Shown: positions 35,971-45,774 of the stretch, in pieces
How the letters are laid out: every line of letters starts with the position of its first letter
Numbering within the stretch: position 1 is the first letter of the stretch
Source of the DNA: Candidatus Woesearchaeota archaeon
GTDB taxonomy: Archaea; Nanobdellota; Nanobdellia; Woesearchaeales; JAZDKJ01
Assembly (NCBI GenBank): GCA_043803105.1
Contig: JAZDKJ010000006.1
Span: 224,001 to 288,000, forward strand
Length of the DNA: 64,000 bases
Direction of reading: 5' to 3'
The notes under the pieces: generated by a model
Seen by the model: only the letters and a program-made list of their open reading frames with translations
What the model was told of the DNA's origin: nothing
The model's database searches: none
Program-made: the position numbers and the translations under genes

Positions 35971-36963
35971 ATGAAGCATCAAAAAACATTAGATAAACAA
36001 GAACCCGGCTCAGTAACCATCCAGCTCAAGGAGCTGGACAACAACGAGCCATTGCAGGGTGTTGAGGTCACAATAATCATTGGTCCTAATAGCTCTAAGC
36101 AGCGTTTCACTGATGATAGCGGTGTAGCTATGTTCTCCAATCTTCCATCTGGAAAGCTCGAGCTTAGCATTTCAGATTCAAACTTTATCTTTGACCACAT
36201 GCAGTTTAGGGGGAAGAGCCATAAGGACACAAAGTTCACTTTGCAGCCTAATGAGAGCCTTAACATTCTTGTTTACATGAAGACAATCGTTATGCAGGAA
36301 GGCTTGGACGAGCTTCTTGCTTCAGAGGGCTCCTCAGGGCATGCAGAGCCAACAAGCGACACCGTATGGAGCTTTAGCCGTATGGTCTCAGGAAATGATG
36401 ATGCAAGAAAGTCTATTGCCCTTGCCTGCCTTTCAGACATAAATAGTGAGCTAAAACAGTTATTGGCAGAGCCCACAAACCTAAAGCAGAAATTCAGCGA
36501 GACTGAGGCTTCGCTAACTTTCAAGGGTCATAAAGACCATAAGGAGATGGCGATAAGGATTCAGGAGCACCTGGGATTGCCAAAGTGGGAGCATGAGCAT
36601 CCAAAAGCGCCAGCAATATGGGAGCTTTGCCTTAATGTTGCAAGAAAACTGCACCCCCTTGTGGTTGAGCGCGATAATCTTCGCCAGGTTGTGAGGACAA
36701 ACATCGAGAAGATGGAAGAATACGCTCAGCTTATTTCTAGCCAACAGCAAGTTGCAAAAGTCTTGGACGAGCTCGAAAATTCAAGGACTGATAAGGCCTT
36801 GAATAGGCTTAGCCAATTGTCCGGACAGCTAAAGACTTTCAAGCTGATTGTTTCATCAACTAAGGCCAAAATTTATGCGATTGGTGAATACACAAATCTT
36901 ATTGACAGTAAGCAAAGGATTGCTTGGATTAAAGATAACGTAAGAAAACCTTTAGAGGTGTGA
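35971..36963 (+). CDS. Prealbumin-like beta domain plus helical domain protein
   Basis: PLQGVEVTI..TDDSGVAMFSNLPSG; RIQEHLGLPK paralog motif. Confidence 0.75.
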   Translation: MKHQKTLDKQEPGSVTIQLKELDNNEPLQGVEVTIIIGPNSSKQRFTDDSGVAMFSNLPSGKLELSISDSNFIFDHMQFRGKSHKDTKFTLQPNESLNILVYMKTIVMQEGLDELLASEGSSGHAEPTSDTVWSFSRMVSGNDDARKSIALACLSDINSELKQLLAEPTNLKQKFSETEASLTFKGHKDHKEMAIRIQEHLGLPKWEHEHPKAPAIWELCLNVARKLHPLVVERDNLRQVVRTNIEKMEEYAQLISSQQQVAKVLDELENSRTDKALNRLSQLSGQLKTFKLIVSSTKAKIYAIGEYTNLIDSKQRIAWIKDNVRKPLEV

Positions 36964-37994
36964 ATATGCCTGGAGAAAACAAGATAATCTGTGGTTCAAG
37001 ATCGTTCTACAGGGTAAAGTTCCTGGCCAATTTTCTTCCCAGGATAATGTCTCTAGTGACGCAGGATGAGAGGGTGCAGGTAGACGAATTGATTAAGAGG
37101 ATTATGCAGGTTGAGGGAGAACTGCACGAGGAATTGCATGGGGGCATCAAGATAGGTGCCGCAGACAAGGTTGTCAGTGTTGAGAAACATCTCGTAAAAT
37201 TGTATAAGAAAGAGATTGAACAGCTTTATATCATTGACGAGGACAGCCTGAAGGTTGAAGGCGAAGAAATAAACCATCTGAACTTGATTGGCAAATCATT
37301 GGATTCTGTGATGCAAAAGCTAAAAGACCCTGCCAAGCTCAGAGGTTGCAGGCATGCGCTCTATGACTTTAATAAAGAGCAGGTTAGGCTTAACATGATA
37401 ATTGGCTCAATGGGGGACAGCCAGAAGACTATGTGGGTCAGGCAGGGAAACCTTGTCCAGAAGTCCATAAAGAACTTCAGTGTTGCGACAGCTACTGATA
37501 AGGTCAGGGGGCTCGGAACCCAAATGGTCTTGTTTGGCAGGCAGATAAGGAAGCAGACACCAGTCTTCACGCAGGCAGCGCGAGAGATAGAGCACTTTGA
37601 TAAAGAGCTTGAAGCATCTCTTGACAATCCAGAAAAGGTGAAAGATATTCTAGGAAGTATTACTAAATCAATGTCAAAGTTTGAGGAATTCCTTAATGAT
37701 CTTTTCAATGCGACAATAGGAATGAGAATAGCTACTCTCTATCTCTTGATGATTGTATTGCAGCACGAGGAAGAGGACGTAAAGGCGCTTGATGCCCTCT
37801 TAGGAACAGGTTTTTCCAAGGCAAAACATGATGCCATAATTGTAGAATACAACAAATTGGACAAAGAGGAAAAGAGTATTGAGCAGAAAGAGATGTGGCT
37901 TGAGGAGGAGGCCTACCGCCTGGTTCAGGACATCCTTGCATTGGAACAGCGATTGCTCGAGGACGAAGAAATTGACCTTAAGCTGGCCACCTAA
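36960..37994 (+). CDS. Helical-bundle hypothetical protein
   Basis: GTGA-coupled, GAGGTG SD; heptad-rich. Confidence 0.75.
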   Translation: MNMPGENKIICGSRSFYRVKFLANFLPRIMSLVTQDERVQVDELIKRIMQVEGELHEELHGGIKIGAADKVVSVEKHLVKLYKKEIEQLYIIDEDSLKVEGEEINHLNLIGKSLDSVMQKLKDPAKLRGCRHALYDFNKEQVRLNMIIGSMGDSQKTMWVRQGNLVQKSIKNFSVATATDKVRGLGTQMVLFGRQIRKQTPVFTQAAREIEHFDKELEASLDNPEKVKDILGSITKSMSKFEEFLNDLFNATIGMRIATLYLLMIVLQHEEEDVKALDALLGTGFSKAKHDAIIVEYNKLDKEEKSIEQKEMWLEEEAYRLVQDILALEQRLLEDEEIDLKLAT

Positions 37995-38251
37995 ACAATC
38001 TCAACCTTCTGGCCTACTGATTGGCCAGGCATTCCCTTTTCGAATAGAACCCTTACAGCGCCCTTGTTTCCGTGCGCTGACCTTATTTCTCCCTTTATCT
38101 CCTTCTGCGCAGGGCTTTTCCAGACAACATGCTTGCCCACAAGTTTTCCTGCCTTGTCTCTTGAGTCTATTTTCTCAACTATGACTATCATCTGGTTGTT
38201 TGTCTGCACATGCCTTCCGCGCTTGAAGTTTGCTATGACTCCTTTCATCAT
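37991..38251 (-). CDS. rpl35ae: 50S ribosomal protein L35Ae
   Basis: LVGKHVVWKSP, HGNKGAVRVLFEKGMPGQ. Confidence 0.92.
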   Translation of the reverse strand: MMKGVIANFKRGRHVQTNNQMIVIVEKIDSRDKAGKLVGKHVVWKSPAQKEIKGEIRSAHGNKGAVRVLFEKGMPGQSVGQKVEIV

Positions 38252-38390
38252 TCACCAAAAACTTGGGGTGCTTTAAAAAGGTTTCGTCTTCTCCTCGATG
38301 GATTTCACCTTATCGAGCCCAACATAGCCTGCAGTGATTGCATTTGAAAGTCATTTAGTGCCCATAACTATTTCCTCATTAAAAGTTTTG

Positions 38391-39587
38391 CTAGAAGTAG
38401 CTGATGATCACAGGCAAAAGCAAACAACCCATTGATTGTGTTCTTGAGACCTTGGTAATTGCAGGTATTATGCCGATTGATGTGCTGATGACCAGAACGA
38501 GCACTCCAATCCAGCCTGTAACAAATGCAACAAGCATTGTTACGAAGCAGATTATACCTAACAGCAATTTCCTGTAGTTCACTTTGCCGATTATTCTGGA
38601 AAACATTTTTCCTATTTCTAAAGCCAAGACAACAGAAATCCCTGCAGAAATTAACATGGTTGCTATGCCTGCAAGCAAAGTTGTCGCATTGATAGTGGGC
38701 ATCAACTTCTGTATTGCAACAATGCTTCCGTTCCTGGCTTTGCCTACGGCAATTAGAGTGGCCATCGAAATCACAAAGTTTGCTGTCCCAATGCATCCTA
38801 TGAGCATCATGAATCCTTCTTCCTTTAGCTTTCTTATGGCCTGCATTGACATTATTGCGGCTATTGACGAGCTCAAACCAGGGAATACTGCAGTGACAAA
38901 GCCTGACAATTGCCCGGAGACGAGTGCTTTAATCGTTGTTGCTTTGTCAATTCTTACCTCTTGCTGAATCTTCTGTGGAGCTATGCTTTGTGTTTTGTTC
39001 AAGGAAATTATCAAGGTCGAAATCCCAAACATTCCGGATAGCATTGGCAGCAATGGGTTCTCCAAATTTGGCATATTTAGTGCAATCAAGCCTAAAAGCC
39101 CCGCAACACAAAATACAAACAAAGCCCATGTTCTCCTTTTTTCTGTAAGTATCATTATCGCAGCAACCCCAATCAGGACAAATCCAATATATGGCTGAAT
39201 GAAAACATATCCCTTGATAACAATCAGAAGCAATGGGAACAGCATTATGGAAATTATGATTGCCCCTAGGCTGCCCAACACAGACAATTTGAGTGCAACC
39301 ATCCCTTCTCCTCTTAGTAGGAACCTGTGTCCAGGCAAAACGCCGAGAGCAGTTGCCTCTTGCGGAGCTCCAAGAAATATTGATGGGATCATGTCGAGGA
39401 ATGTGTGCGTGACTGACAGAGCAATCAGGAAGATAACGACAAACAACGAATTTACATGCTGCAGTATCAAGGCAGAATAAGAAATGATCATTGCAGCAAC
39501 AAGATTGATATGCAATCCTGGGGTAAGGCCTGTGATAACTCCACAAGCTATTCCAACTCCGATTGCAACCAATATTTCTACAAGCAT
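38391..39587 (-). CDS. TctA/DUF112 family membrane protein
   Basis: GLTPGLHINL, HTFLDMIPSIFLGAP, LPGHR; start moved to ATG at 39587. Confidence 0.88.
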   Translation of the reverse strand: MLVEILVAIGVGIACGVITGLTPGLHINLVAAMIISYSALILQHVNSLFVVIFLIALSVTHTFLDMIPSIFLGAPQEATALGVLPGHRFLLRGEGMVALKLSVLGSLGAIIISIMLFPLLLIVIKGYVFIQPYIGFVLIGVAAIMILTEKRRTWALFVFCVAGLLGLIALNMPNLENPLLPMLSGMFGISTLIISLNKTQSIAPQKIQQEVRIDKATTIKALVSGQLSGFVTAVFPGLSSSIAAIMSMQAIRKLKEEGFMMLIGCIGTANFVISMATLIAVGKARNGSIVAIQKLMPTINATTLLAGIATMLISAGISVVLALEIGKMFSRIIGKVNYRKLLLGIICFVTMLVAFVTGWIGVLVLVISTSIGIIPAITKVSRTQSMGCLLLPVIISYF

Positions 39588-39593
39588 TTTGTG

Positions 39594-39761
39594 CGGCGTG
39601 GGCGGGACTTTCCAAGCTGATGCGAGCTTTTTTGAACTGTCAGAAATCGTAACGCGATTTCTGAGCATGCTCAAAAATCTATGATTTTTGACACCGCATG
39701 AGAATTGGGAGTCTCACCAGAGCATCAGTCTGGCGCAATGACCAGATTATGCGACCACGCC
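39594..39761 (-). tRNA. tRNA or tRNA pseudogene: anticodon GAU, long variable arm, 59/60 intron (39608-39630), 56-nt insert in T-stem
   Basis: GGCGTGG/CCACGCC acceptor, D-loop GG, CCAGA-CTGATGC-TCTGG; T-arm reassembles as GCGGGTTCAAATCCCGC; TATA box upstream. Confidence 0.8.
39638..39693. repeat. 56-nt REP/MITE-like double-hairpin palindromic element
   Basis: TGTCA...TGACA ends, two internal hairpins, central TGAGCATGCTCA palindrome. Confidence 0.8.
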
Positions 39762-40119
39762 TTTGCACAATGGTAAATTTTATATAGGTGTCCCATCTTC
39801 TTCTGATTGGATGGACATCTCACCGGAGCTTTTTGCGGCCGGCTTTCTTCTTTTTTCTGAGGACTCAGTTGTTAATAAGCATTAACCATAACTTTTCGGC
39901 AAACTTGCGGTATTTTAGGACATTCATCACTTTGCCATTCTGCGGAAGAACTTCATAAGCTGCAACTCAACCAAGAATAACATGCCGAAAATCACAACTA
40001 TTGTTCCTGTTATGGAGTATGCACGGCAGAACATGAAAACAGAGCTGACCTAAGCGAGGTCTTGGCTCCTGCAAAGGGTTTGGGGGATATTTGAGGCAGT
40101 GATAGACCTTCTTGAAGCA

Positions 40120-40458
40120 TTATCTCTTAACTTGTATTTCCTCCGCCTCAATCTCCACTCTTCCATTGTACTCCTTTAACTGCCCCCTCACAACAATCCT
40201 GTCTCCTCTTTCAAGTTTTGTTTTGTCAAATGTAATCACTTGCATCGATGTTGAATAACCAACCTCTAAAATCATCAAATTGCCTTTGTCCGTGACCTTC
40301 TGCACAACACCTTCTATCTGCACTTCCTTCTCCTGCATCAGGCTTATCTTCTCTATCGGGGTGGTCTCGAGTTTTATACTTCTGCTCACAACAAACAGTA
40401 TGATTAGGCCCAGCAAACAACAAGTTACTGCAAGCCTGAGTATTGTATTATCACGCAT
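40120..40458 (-). CDS. Membrane-anchored OB-fold protein
   Basis: N-terminal TM; VQIEGVV, GDRIVVRG..YNGRVEI. Confidence 0.8.
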   Translation of the reverse strand: MRDNTILRLAVTCCLLGLIILFVVSRSIKLETTPIEKISLMQEKEVQIEGVVQKVTDKGNLMILEVGYSTSMQVITFDKTKLERGDRIVVRGQLKEYNGRVEIEAEEIQVKR

Positions 40459-40553
40459 TACAAGTCTTTTGCCTAAACATAATAATAAAGAAAACCCTTA
40501 TTTAACCGTGCATTTTTCGGAAATCTTAAATATCTTCAGAATAAATATAGCCT

Positions 40554-40883
40554 ATGAATAAATCCTTTAGCTGTAAGCGCTGCGGCGAATGTTGCAGGCA
40601 CTATGTTCTTCTGACTAAGGATGACTTGAAAATCCTGCGGAATGCAGGTTATTCTGATGCTATAACACCATCACGCTTTGACCAGAGAAAAAGATGTCTC
40701 AAGTTGGCAGGTAATGACTGTATTTTCCTTGGTTATGATAAAAAGAATACGTTCTGCAAGGTCTATTCCCTTAGGCCAGAGGTATGCAGAATATACCCTT
40801 TCTTCAACAGGAGCATTAAGGCTTGCCCTACCAGTCAATCTGGCTCAATTGCTCATCAATGTTCTGCAAGCCAGGGTCGTTGA
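40554..40883 (+). CDS. YkgJ-family Cys-cluster protein
   Basis: CKRCGECC, CIFL, CKVYSLRPEVCRIYPF. Confidence 0.88.
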   Translation: MNKSFSCKRCGECCRHYVLLTKDDLKILRNAGYSDAITPSRFDQRKRCLKLAGNDCIFLGYDKKNTFCKVYSLRPEVCRIYPFFNRSIKACPTSQSGSIAHQCSASQGR

Positions 40884-41076
40884 GCCCTGTTTCGTTCATC
40901 TCTGCTATGCTCGCGCCCAAAGGGCTTGACTCTGTGGGCTGTGGTTCTGGGGTGCCAGTCAATGGATTTTCAACAGGTCTTGGCTCGCTCTGCGACCGCC
41001 ATACCTCTTGCTTGCATCCTGCTAGAGCTGCACTGAGCAAAACAATGACAACTATTGTTGCTGTTATTGCCCTCAT
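40828..41076 (-). CDS. Small lipoprotein
   Basis: LAGC lipobox; directly follows the coiled-coil gene. Confidence 0.65.
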   Translation of the reverse strand: MRAITATIVVIVLLSAALAGCKQEVWRSQSEPRPVENPLTGTPEPQPTESSPLGASIAEMNETGLNDPGLQNIDEQLSQIDW

Positions 41077-41077
41077 T

Positions 41078-42487
41078 CTAGCCCTCCACTATCTGATAGG
41101 TCTCGTTGTCTCCCAGTCCTTGGTTGCTTTCTTCAGGCACCTCAACTCCTTTTGAGTGTATTTCCTGCACTATCTGCATCAAGATTGCGTGCGCTTCTTT
41201 GACCTTGTCTTGCGCTTCGTTCAAAAGATCTCTTGCGTCTTTAACCAGCTGCGATGTCTGGTTTGAGGTCCTTGCGCTGTCAAGCAGGGCCTGTGCCTGC
41301 GCGTATTTTTCTTTTGCAGCAGCAATGCTTGAGCTGAAATTCAGCAACTTCTCACCGATATTGGTTGTATTGATTCCTTTTTCTTGCAGCTTTGTAATTG
41401 CCTCATCCAGCCTTTGTTCAAGGTTTTCGCTTCTCTGCACCACATTCCAGACTTTTGAATTCAGCAGCTGTCCGGTATAGATTTTTTCCTTTTCCTGGAT
41501 CTGCTTCCATAGTGTTGCTGCCTCTTGTGCAGAAGCCTTGACCTCTTCTTTTGTTGTAGCGTTTGTTGCGTCTGCAATTATTCCTTGTAGCTGTGCTATA
41601 TAATCATCAATCTGATTGATTATCGCCTCTACTGTGCTGTTGGTCATGTCTGTTGAGCCTGCAACAGTCTCCTTAACTTTTTCAAGGTGGTTTATCATCA
41701 TCTCTGCTCCGTTAATGACCATCTCTTTTGCATGCGTAAGCAGTTGTGCCTGGCAGTCTGTGCAGTTTCCTTTTTTTGCCTGCTCGAAAAGTTCTTTTTG
41801 CTGTTTGTATTCATCGTTTGCCTGCTTGTATTGTTCCTTTGCCCTTTCTAAGAGATGTTTTGATTTGTTTTTTTGCTCTTTGCTCAGTTCTCTTCGCGTG
41901 AATTGGAGTTCTTTCTTAACCACTTTTAGTTGCATTTTTTTCATCGCGTTCTTCGCTTTTATGATACTCATATTCATCAGGTTCCTTTGTTGTGCCATGG
42001 TCAGATGAGCAAACACCCTTGCTTTTTCTTCTGTCAAGTTATTCAAGAAATCTTTTGCTTCATCTTTTTTGGCAAGCATCTTGTCGATTTGTTCTGCCTT
42101 GTGAGTTGCTATCTTGTCTTTTATCTGTGTAAAAGGCTTAAGTGCTGAGACTGTCCATATAGATTGCAAAAGGCTCTTGCATCTTGCCTCAGGTTCTGCT
42201 ATACCATTTTCTTCTAGAAAGCTCGTGCAATCCAACTCCCTGCTCATTAGCTGGCTGCAGGTTTCACCTGGGTCCAGGCTCAGGTTCTGCTCCTGCAGGA
42301 AGTTGATACATTTTAATGATTTGGTCTCGTTTAGCCTTGCCAAGGCGTTCTGTGCCTTAGCTGCCAATACTCCTTGTTTTGGTTCTGCGTGCCCTGTCTT
42401 TGGACTGTTGGCCATGTTCTCTGATTCTGCTATAACTATGCTGGTAAGCATTATTGCCAATGCTGCAAACAAAAATATTTTTCTCAT
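41078..42487 (-). CDS. Secreted long coiled-coil protein
   Basis: MRKIFLFAALAIML signal peptide with GGAGG SD; heptad repeats. Confidence 0.8.
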   Translation of the reverse strand: MRKIFLFAALAIMLTSIVIAESENMANSPKTGHAEPKQGVLAAKAQNALARLNETKSLKCINFLQEQNLSLDPGETCSQLMSRELDCTSFLEENGIAEPEARCKSLLQSIWTVSALKPFTQIKDKIATHKAEQIDKMLAKKDEAKDFLNNLTEEKARVFAHLTMAQQRNLMNMSIIKAKNAMKKMQLKVVKKELQFTRRELSKEQKNKSKHLLERAKEQYKQANDEYKQQKELFEQAKKGNCTDCQAQLLTHAKEMVINGAEMMINHLEKVKETVAGSTDMTNSTVEAIINQIDDYIAQLQGIIADATNATTKEEVKASAQEAATLWKQIQEKEKIYTGQLLNSKVWNVVQRSENLEQRLDEAITKLQEKGINTTNIGEKLLNFSSSIAAAKEKYAQAQALLDSARTSNQTSQLVKDARDLLNEAQDKVKEAHAILMQIVQEIHSKGVEVPEESNQGLGDNETYQIVEG

Positions 42488-42654
42488 TTTTAGGTTCCTC
42501 CAGTTGGTGATGCAGTTTCGTATCTTTACGGTGTTTATAAACATGCTTTCTAACGCTTTATTCATCAATCCTTTACATCCTTTACCACGCTTTACCAAGC
42601 TAGAATTCTGGCTCTAGAAAGGTTTTTAAATCTCGGGCTAGAATAGTCTTTTTT

Positions 42655-43326
42655 ATGCAAAAAAAGTGGTGCCTGGCTATTTTTCTTGTCCTGTTGATGC
42701 CTTATTCCTATGCAGCGAATGTGCATGGCACAGTATATGACCTTGACCTAAGACCTGCAAAAGATGCTGTCATAACCGTTGATTCTGTGCCTCTGCAGAC
42801 TCTTATTGCCAAGGATGGAACATTTTCCTTCAACCTTCCTGTTGGCTCTTATCTTCTCACCGCAACCCTGATTGATGGCAGCTCTATTTTCGTAAGCCAG
42901 CAGAACCTGGTCATACGGGATGACGGTGATTATGTTTCTGACATGATTCTGCTGCCTGACCTTGCTGCTGAGGAAAATCTGCTAAATGACAATCTTTCCT
43001 TTAGCCCATTGGATATTCCTCGGGATTCATCCAAGACATTAATATACATTATTCTTGGTTTCATTGTTGTCATTGTGATTGTAGTGGTCGCATTCCTAGC
43101 TGTAAGAAAGCTTAGGAAAAAGTTGCCAGTTGATGCTTCAATGGCAGATGAAGTCCTTGCCTTTATCAAGTCTCATGATGGCCGCACAACCCAGAAGGAC
43201 ATTAGGAAGCAATTCCCTGTTTCTGAGGCAAAGATAAGCCTTGTCATTACAGAGCTTGAACACAAAGGCATTGTGGAAAAAGTAAAGAAAGGGAAAGGCA
43301 ATATAGTGATTTTAAAACGTTCTTGA
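42655..43326 (+). CDS. Membrane-spanning regulator: external beta domain, TM, cytoplasmic wHTH (COG2512-like)
   Basis: GRTTQKDIRKQFPVSEAKISLVITELEHKG..KKGKGNIV. Confidence 0.85.
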   Translation: MQKKWCLAIFLVLLMPYSYAANVHGTVYDLDLRPAKDAVITVDSVPLQTLIAKDGTFSFNLPVGSYLLTATLIDGSSIFVSQQNLVIRDDGDYVSDMILLPDLAAEENLLNDNLSFSPLDIPRDSSKTLIYIILGFIVVIVIVVVAFLAVRKLRKKLPVDASMADEVLAFIKSHDGRTTQKDIRKQFPVSEAKISLVITELEHKGIVEKVKKGKGNIVILKRS

Positions 43327-43368
43327 AACAACTCCATTTTCAATTCTGTGTTCCCAGTAGACAGCCGT

Positions 43369-43800
43369 TCATTTATACACAAATTTTACACAGGTATCAA
43401 GATCCAGCATAAGCGGCATATTCAAAGAATCGATCGGCAAAACCCAATCAAAACTCTTGTGTTCTTTAAGATTCAGCCTAACTTTCGGTTTTTTGTCCAA
43501 CGCACACTGAAAGATGTGGTAAGTAAAATCAAGTTCTGGATACCTAACATAAGCAGTGGACAAGAACTTAGTTAAGGATGGCACTAACAAAATTCCGGTC
43601 TCTTCCTTAACCTCACGAAGAATGCCTTCCAATGAGGTCTCACTTGCCTCTAATTTACCAGAAGGAAGACCCCAACGGTTTCCTTGGGGCGACACAAACG
43701 GCTGTCTCAACAGCAGCAGAATAGATCTGTCATATTCGATAAAGCAGCCTGCTGCCTCAAGTTGTGGCTTAAAATCGACAGGAATATCAAAATATAGCAT
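43369..43800 (-). CDS. NUDIX hydrolase
   Basis: WGLPSGKLEASETSLEGILREVKEETG. Confidence 0.88.
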   Translation of the reverse strand: MLYFDIPVDFKPQLEAAGCFIEYDRSILLLLRQPFVSPQGNRWGLPSGKLEASETSLEGILREVKEETGILLVPSLTKFLSTAYVRYPELDFTYHIFQCALDKKPKVRLNLKEHKSFDWVLPIDSLNMPLMLDLDTCVKFVYK

Positions 43801-43915
43801 TTTCAGAAGGAAGAAATCGTCAATTTATAACATTAACGGGTGCCTAAAACCAAAAACTTCCTCATCCAATTCAAGCGCTGACAAAACTTAAATACATGTT
43901 GTATTGTCTTGCCTC

Positions 43916-45739
43916 ATGGAAAAGATTCTTGTTCTCGATTTTGGAGGCCAGTACACTCAGCTTATTGCCAGGATTGTCCGCAACTGCAATGTTTATTCTG
44001 AAATAGTTGATTGCGAGGCAGACCTTTCAATGATCCTCAGCCAGAAGCCTAAAGGGATAATACTTTCAGGCGGTCCCGATAGTGTCTATGCCAAGGGAGC
44101 TCCTTCCATTGACAAGCGTTTATTGTCTGCCGGAGTGCCTGTTCTGGGTATCTGTTACGGTATGCAGCTCATAGCGCATCTGCTTGAAGGCAAGGTTGTG
44201 AATGGCTTAGGTGAGTTCGGCCAAACCAAAGTTGAACTTGACACTTTTCATCCATTGTTCTTCGGCCTGCCTAAGGAAAACAATGTTTGGATGAGCCATG
44301 GAGACTCTGTTATCGAATTGCCAAAAGATTTCAAGGTGATAGGCAGGACAAGGCATCACACAGCTGCCATCGCCTCTGAAACCAGGAAGATTTTTGGTGT
44401 GCAGTTCCATCCTGAAGTGAGCCACACTGTCATAGGCACGGACATTGTGTCCAATTTTGTACACAAAATTTGTGGTTGTGCTTATGATTGGACAATGGCA
44501 AGTTTTGTTGAGGAAGCCAAGCAGTACGTGCGTGATACTGTGCACCAAGATGATATTATCTGCTTTGTCAGCGGTGGAGTCGATTCCTCTTTTGTTGCGC
44601 TGCTTTTGTCAAAGACTGAGGGTATAGGAAATGTTTATCCTGTTTATATCGAGGCGCTTATGCGCAAGAACGAAACAGCCGAAGTTGTAAATGCCCTCAA
44701 GTCTGCAGGCATAAAGAACCTTATTGTAAAGAAAGCAGAGGACAGGTTTATTTCTGCATTACATGGTGTAACAGAGCCTGAGCAAAAGCGCAAAATCATT
44801 GGCAACCTGTTTGGCCAGATTCAGGCAGAGGTAATAAAAGAGCTAAAACTTGACCCAGAGCATACATTTCTTGCCCAAGGCACTTTGTACACTGACCTTA
44901 TTGAATCTGGTCTTGGGGTTGGCAAAAGAGCTGAGCGCATAAAATCACATCATAATGTTGGCTGTGAGTTCATCGAGGAACTGAAGGCAAAAGGTAGGGT
45001 TGTTGAGCCATGCCGTTTAATCTTCAAGGATGAGGTTCGTTTGGCTGGAAAAGAGATTGGTCTTCCTAAGGAAATCTTTGAGCGCCAGCCTTTTCCTGGC
45101 CCTGGTCTGGCTATTCGTATTGTTGACGGTAATTCCTCCTGGATAGACGATTCTTTCAATGTTGCTGATTCCAAGGTTAAGGAAATAGCTTCAGAGTTTG
45201 GTCTTGCTGGCTGCCTTTTGCCGATTAAGATCGTAGGCGTGCAAGGTGACGCAAGGACTTATTGTTTCCTCGCCCTGCTCTCTGGCGCAAAGGATTGGAA
45301 AAATATACGGCTGGCTGCTGAGAAGATTCCCAAGCACGTGAGGCTGGTCAATCGCGTGGTTTACATTCTTGGCGATCAACCCTCGCATCCTGAAATGGTT
45401 ATTCCAACAACTATTACAAGAGAAACTGTAGACCAATTGAAGGACATAGATTTTGATGTCCGCAAGATTATCGATTCATGTGGCTTTTCAGATAAGATTA
45501 GTCAGACAATTGTAATTCTTTTTGCTTCAGATTTATTTGGAGCAGCCAAAAGGACAGTCTGTCTGCGCGCTGTAAATACTCCCACATTCATGACTGTCTC
45601 TCCTGTTGCTCCTGATGAGATTTCAATGTCCTGGAAATGTCTGGAAGAAATTAATTCTGTCTTGCTGAAAAAGCATTCTGTTGGCGCTTTTGTGATTGAC
45701 GTAACCGATAAGCCTCCTGCCACAACTTGTTGGGAATAG
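43916..45739 (+). CDS. guaA: GMP synthase (glutamine-hydrolysing), fused long form
   Basis: DFGGQY, GICYGMQ, QFHPEV, SGGVDSS, IKSHHN, PFPGPGL, KPPATTCWE. Confidence 0.95.
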   Translation: MEKILVLDFGGQYTQLIARIVRNCNVYSEIVDCEADLSMILSQKPKGIILSGGPDSVYAKGAPSIDKRLLSAGVPVLGICYGMQLIAHLLEGKVVNGLGEFGQTKVELDTFHPLFFGLPKENNVWMSHGDSVIELPKDFKVIGRTRHHTAAIASETRKIFGVQFHPEVSHTVIGTDIVSNFVHKICGCAYDWTMASFVEEAKQYVRDTVHQDDIICFVSGGVDSSFVALLLSKTEGIGNVYPVYIEALMRKNETAEVVNALKSAGIKNLIVKKAEDRFISALHGVTEPEQKRKIIGNLFGQIQAEVIKELKLDPEHTFLAQGTLYTDLIESGLGVGKRAERIKSHHNVGCEFIEELKAKGRVVEPCRLIFKDEVRLAGKEIGLPKEIFERQPFPGPGLAIRIVDGNSSWIDDSFNVADSKVKEIASEFGLAGCLLPIKIVGVQGDARTYCFLALLSGAKDWKNIRLAAEKIPKHVRLVNRVVYILGDQPSHPEMVIPTTITRETVDQLKDIDFDVRKIIDSCGFSDKISQTIVILFASDLFGAAKRTVCLRAVNTPTFMTVSPVAPDEISMSWKCLEEINSVLLKKHSVGAFVIDVTDKPPATTCWE

Positions 45740-45774
45740 TTAAGTTTATTAATATCTTGCTCTTAATTCTTTTC

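Noticed and set aside
39699-39716. Reading the second hairpin as a Gly(CCC) anticodon arm
   Set aside because: It gives an 8-nt loop and leaves only 1 nt of variable region
39588-39770. SRP RNA, or an N-terminal extension of the TctA ORF
   Set aside because: No SRP helix 8 motif seen; the region resolves into a tRNA cloverleaf
39810-40110. Possible small gene or remnant after a TATA-like box
   Set aside because: Only short broken frames with no recognisable motif
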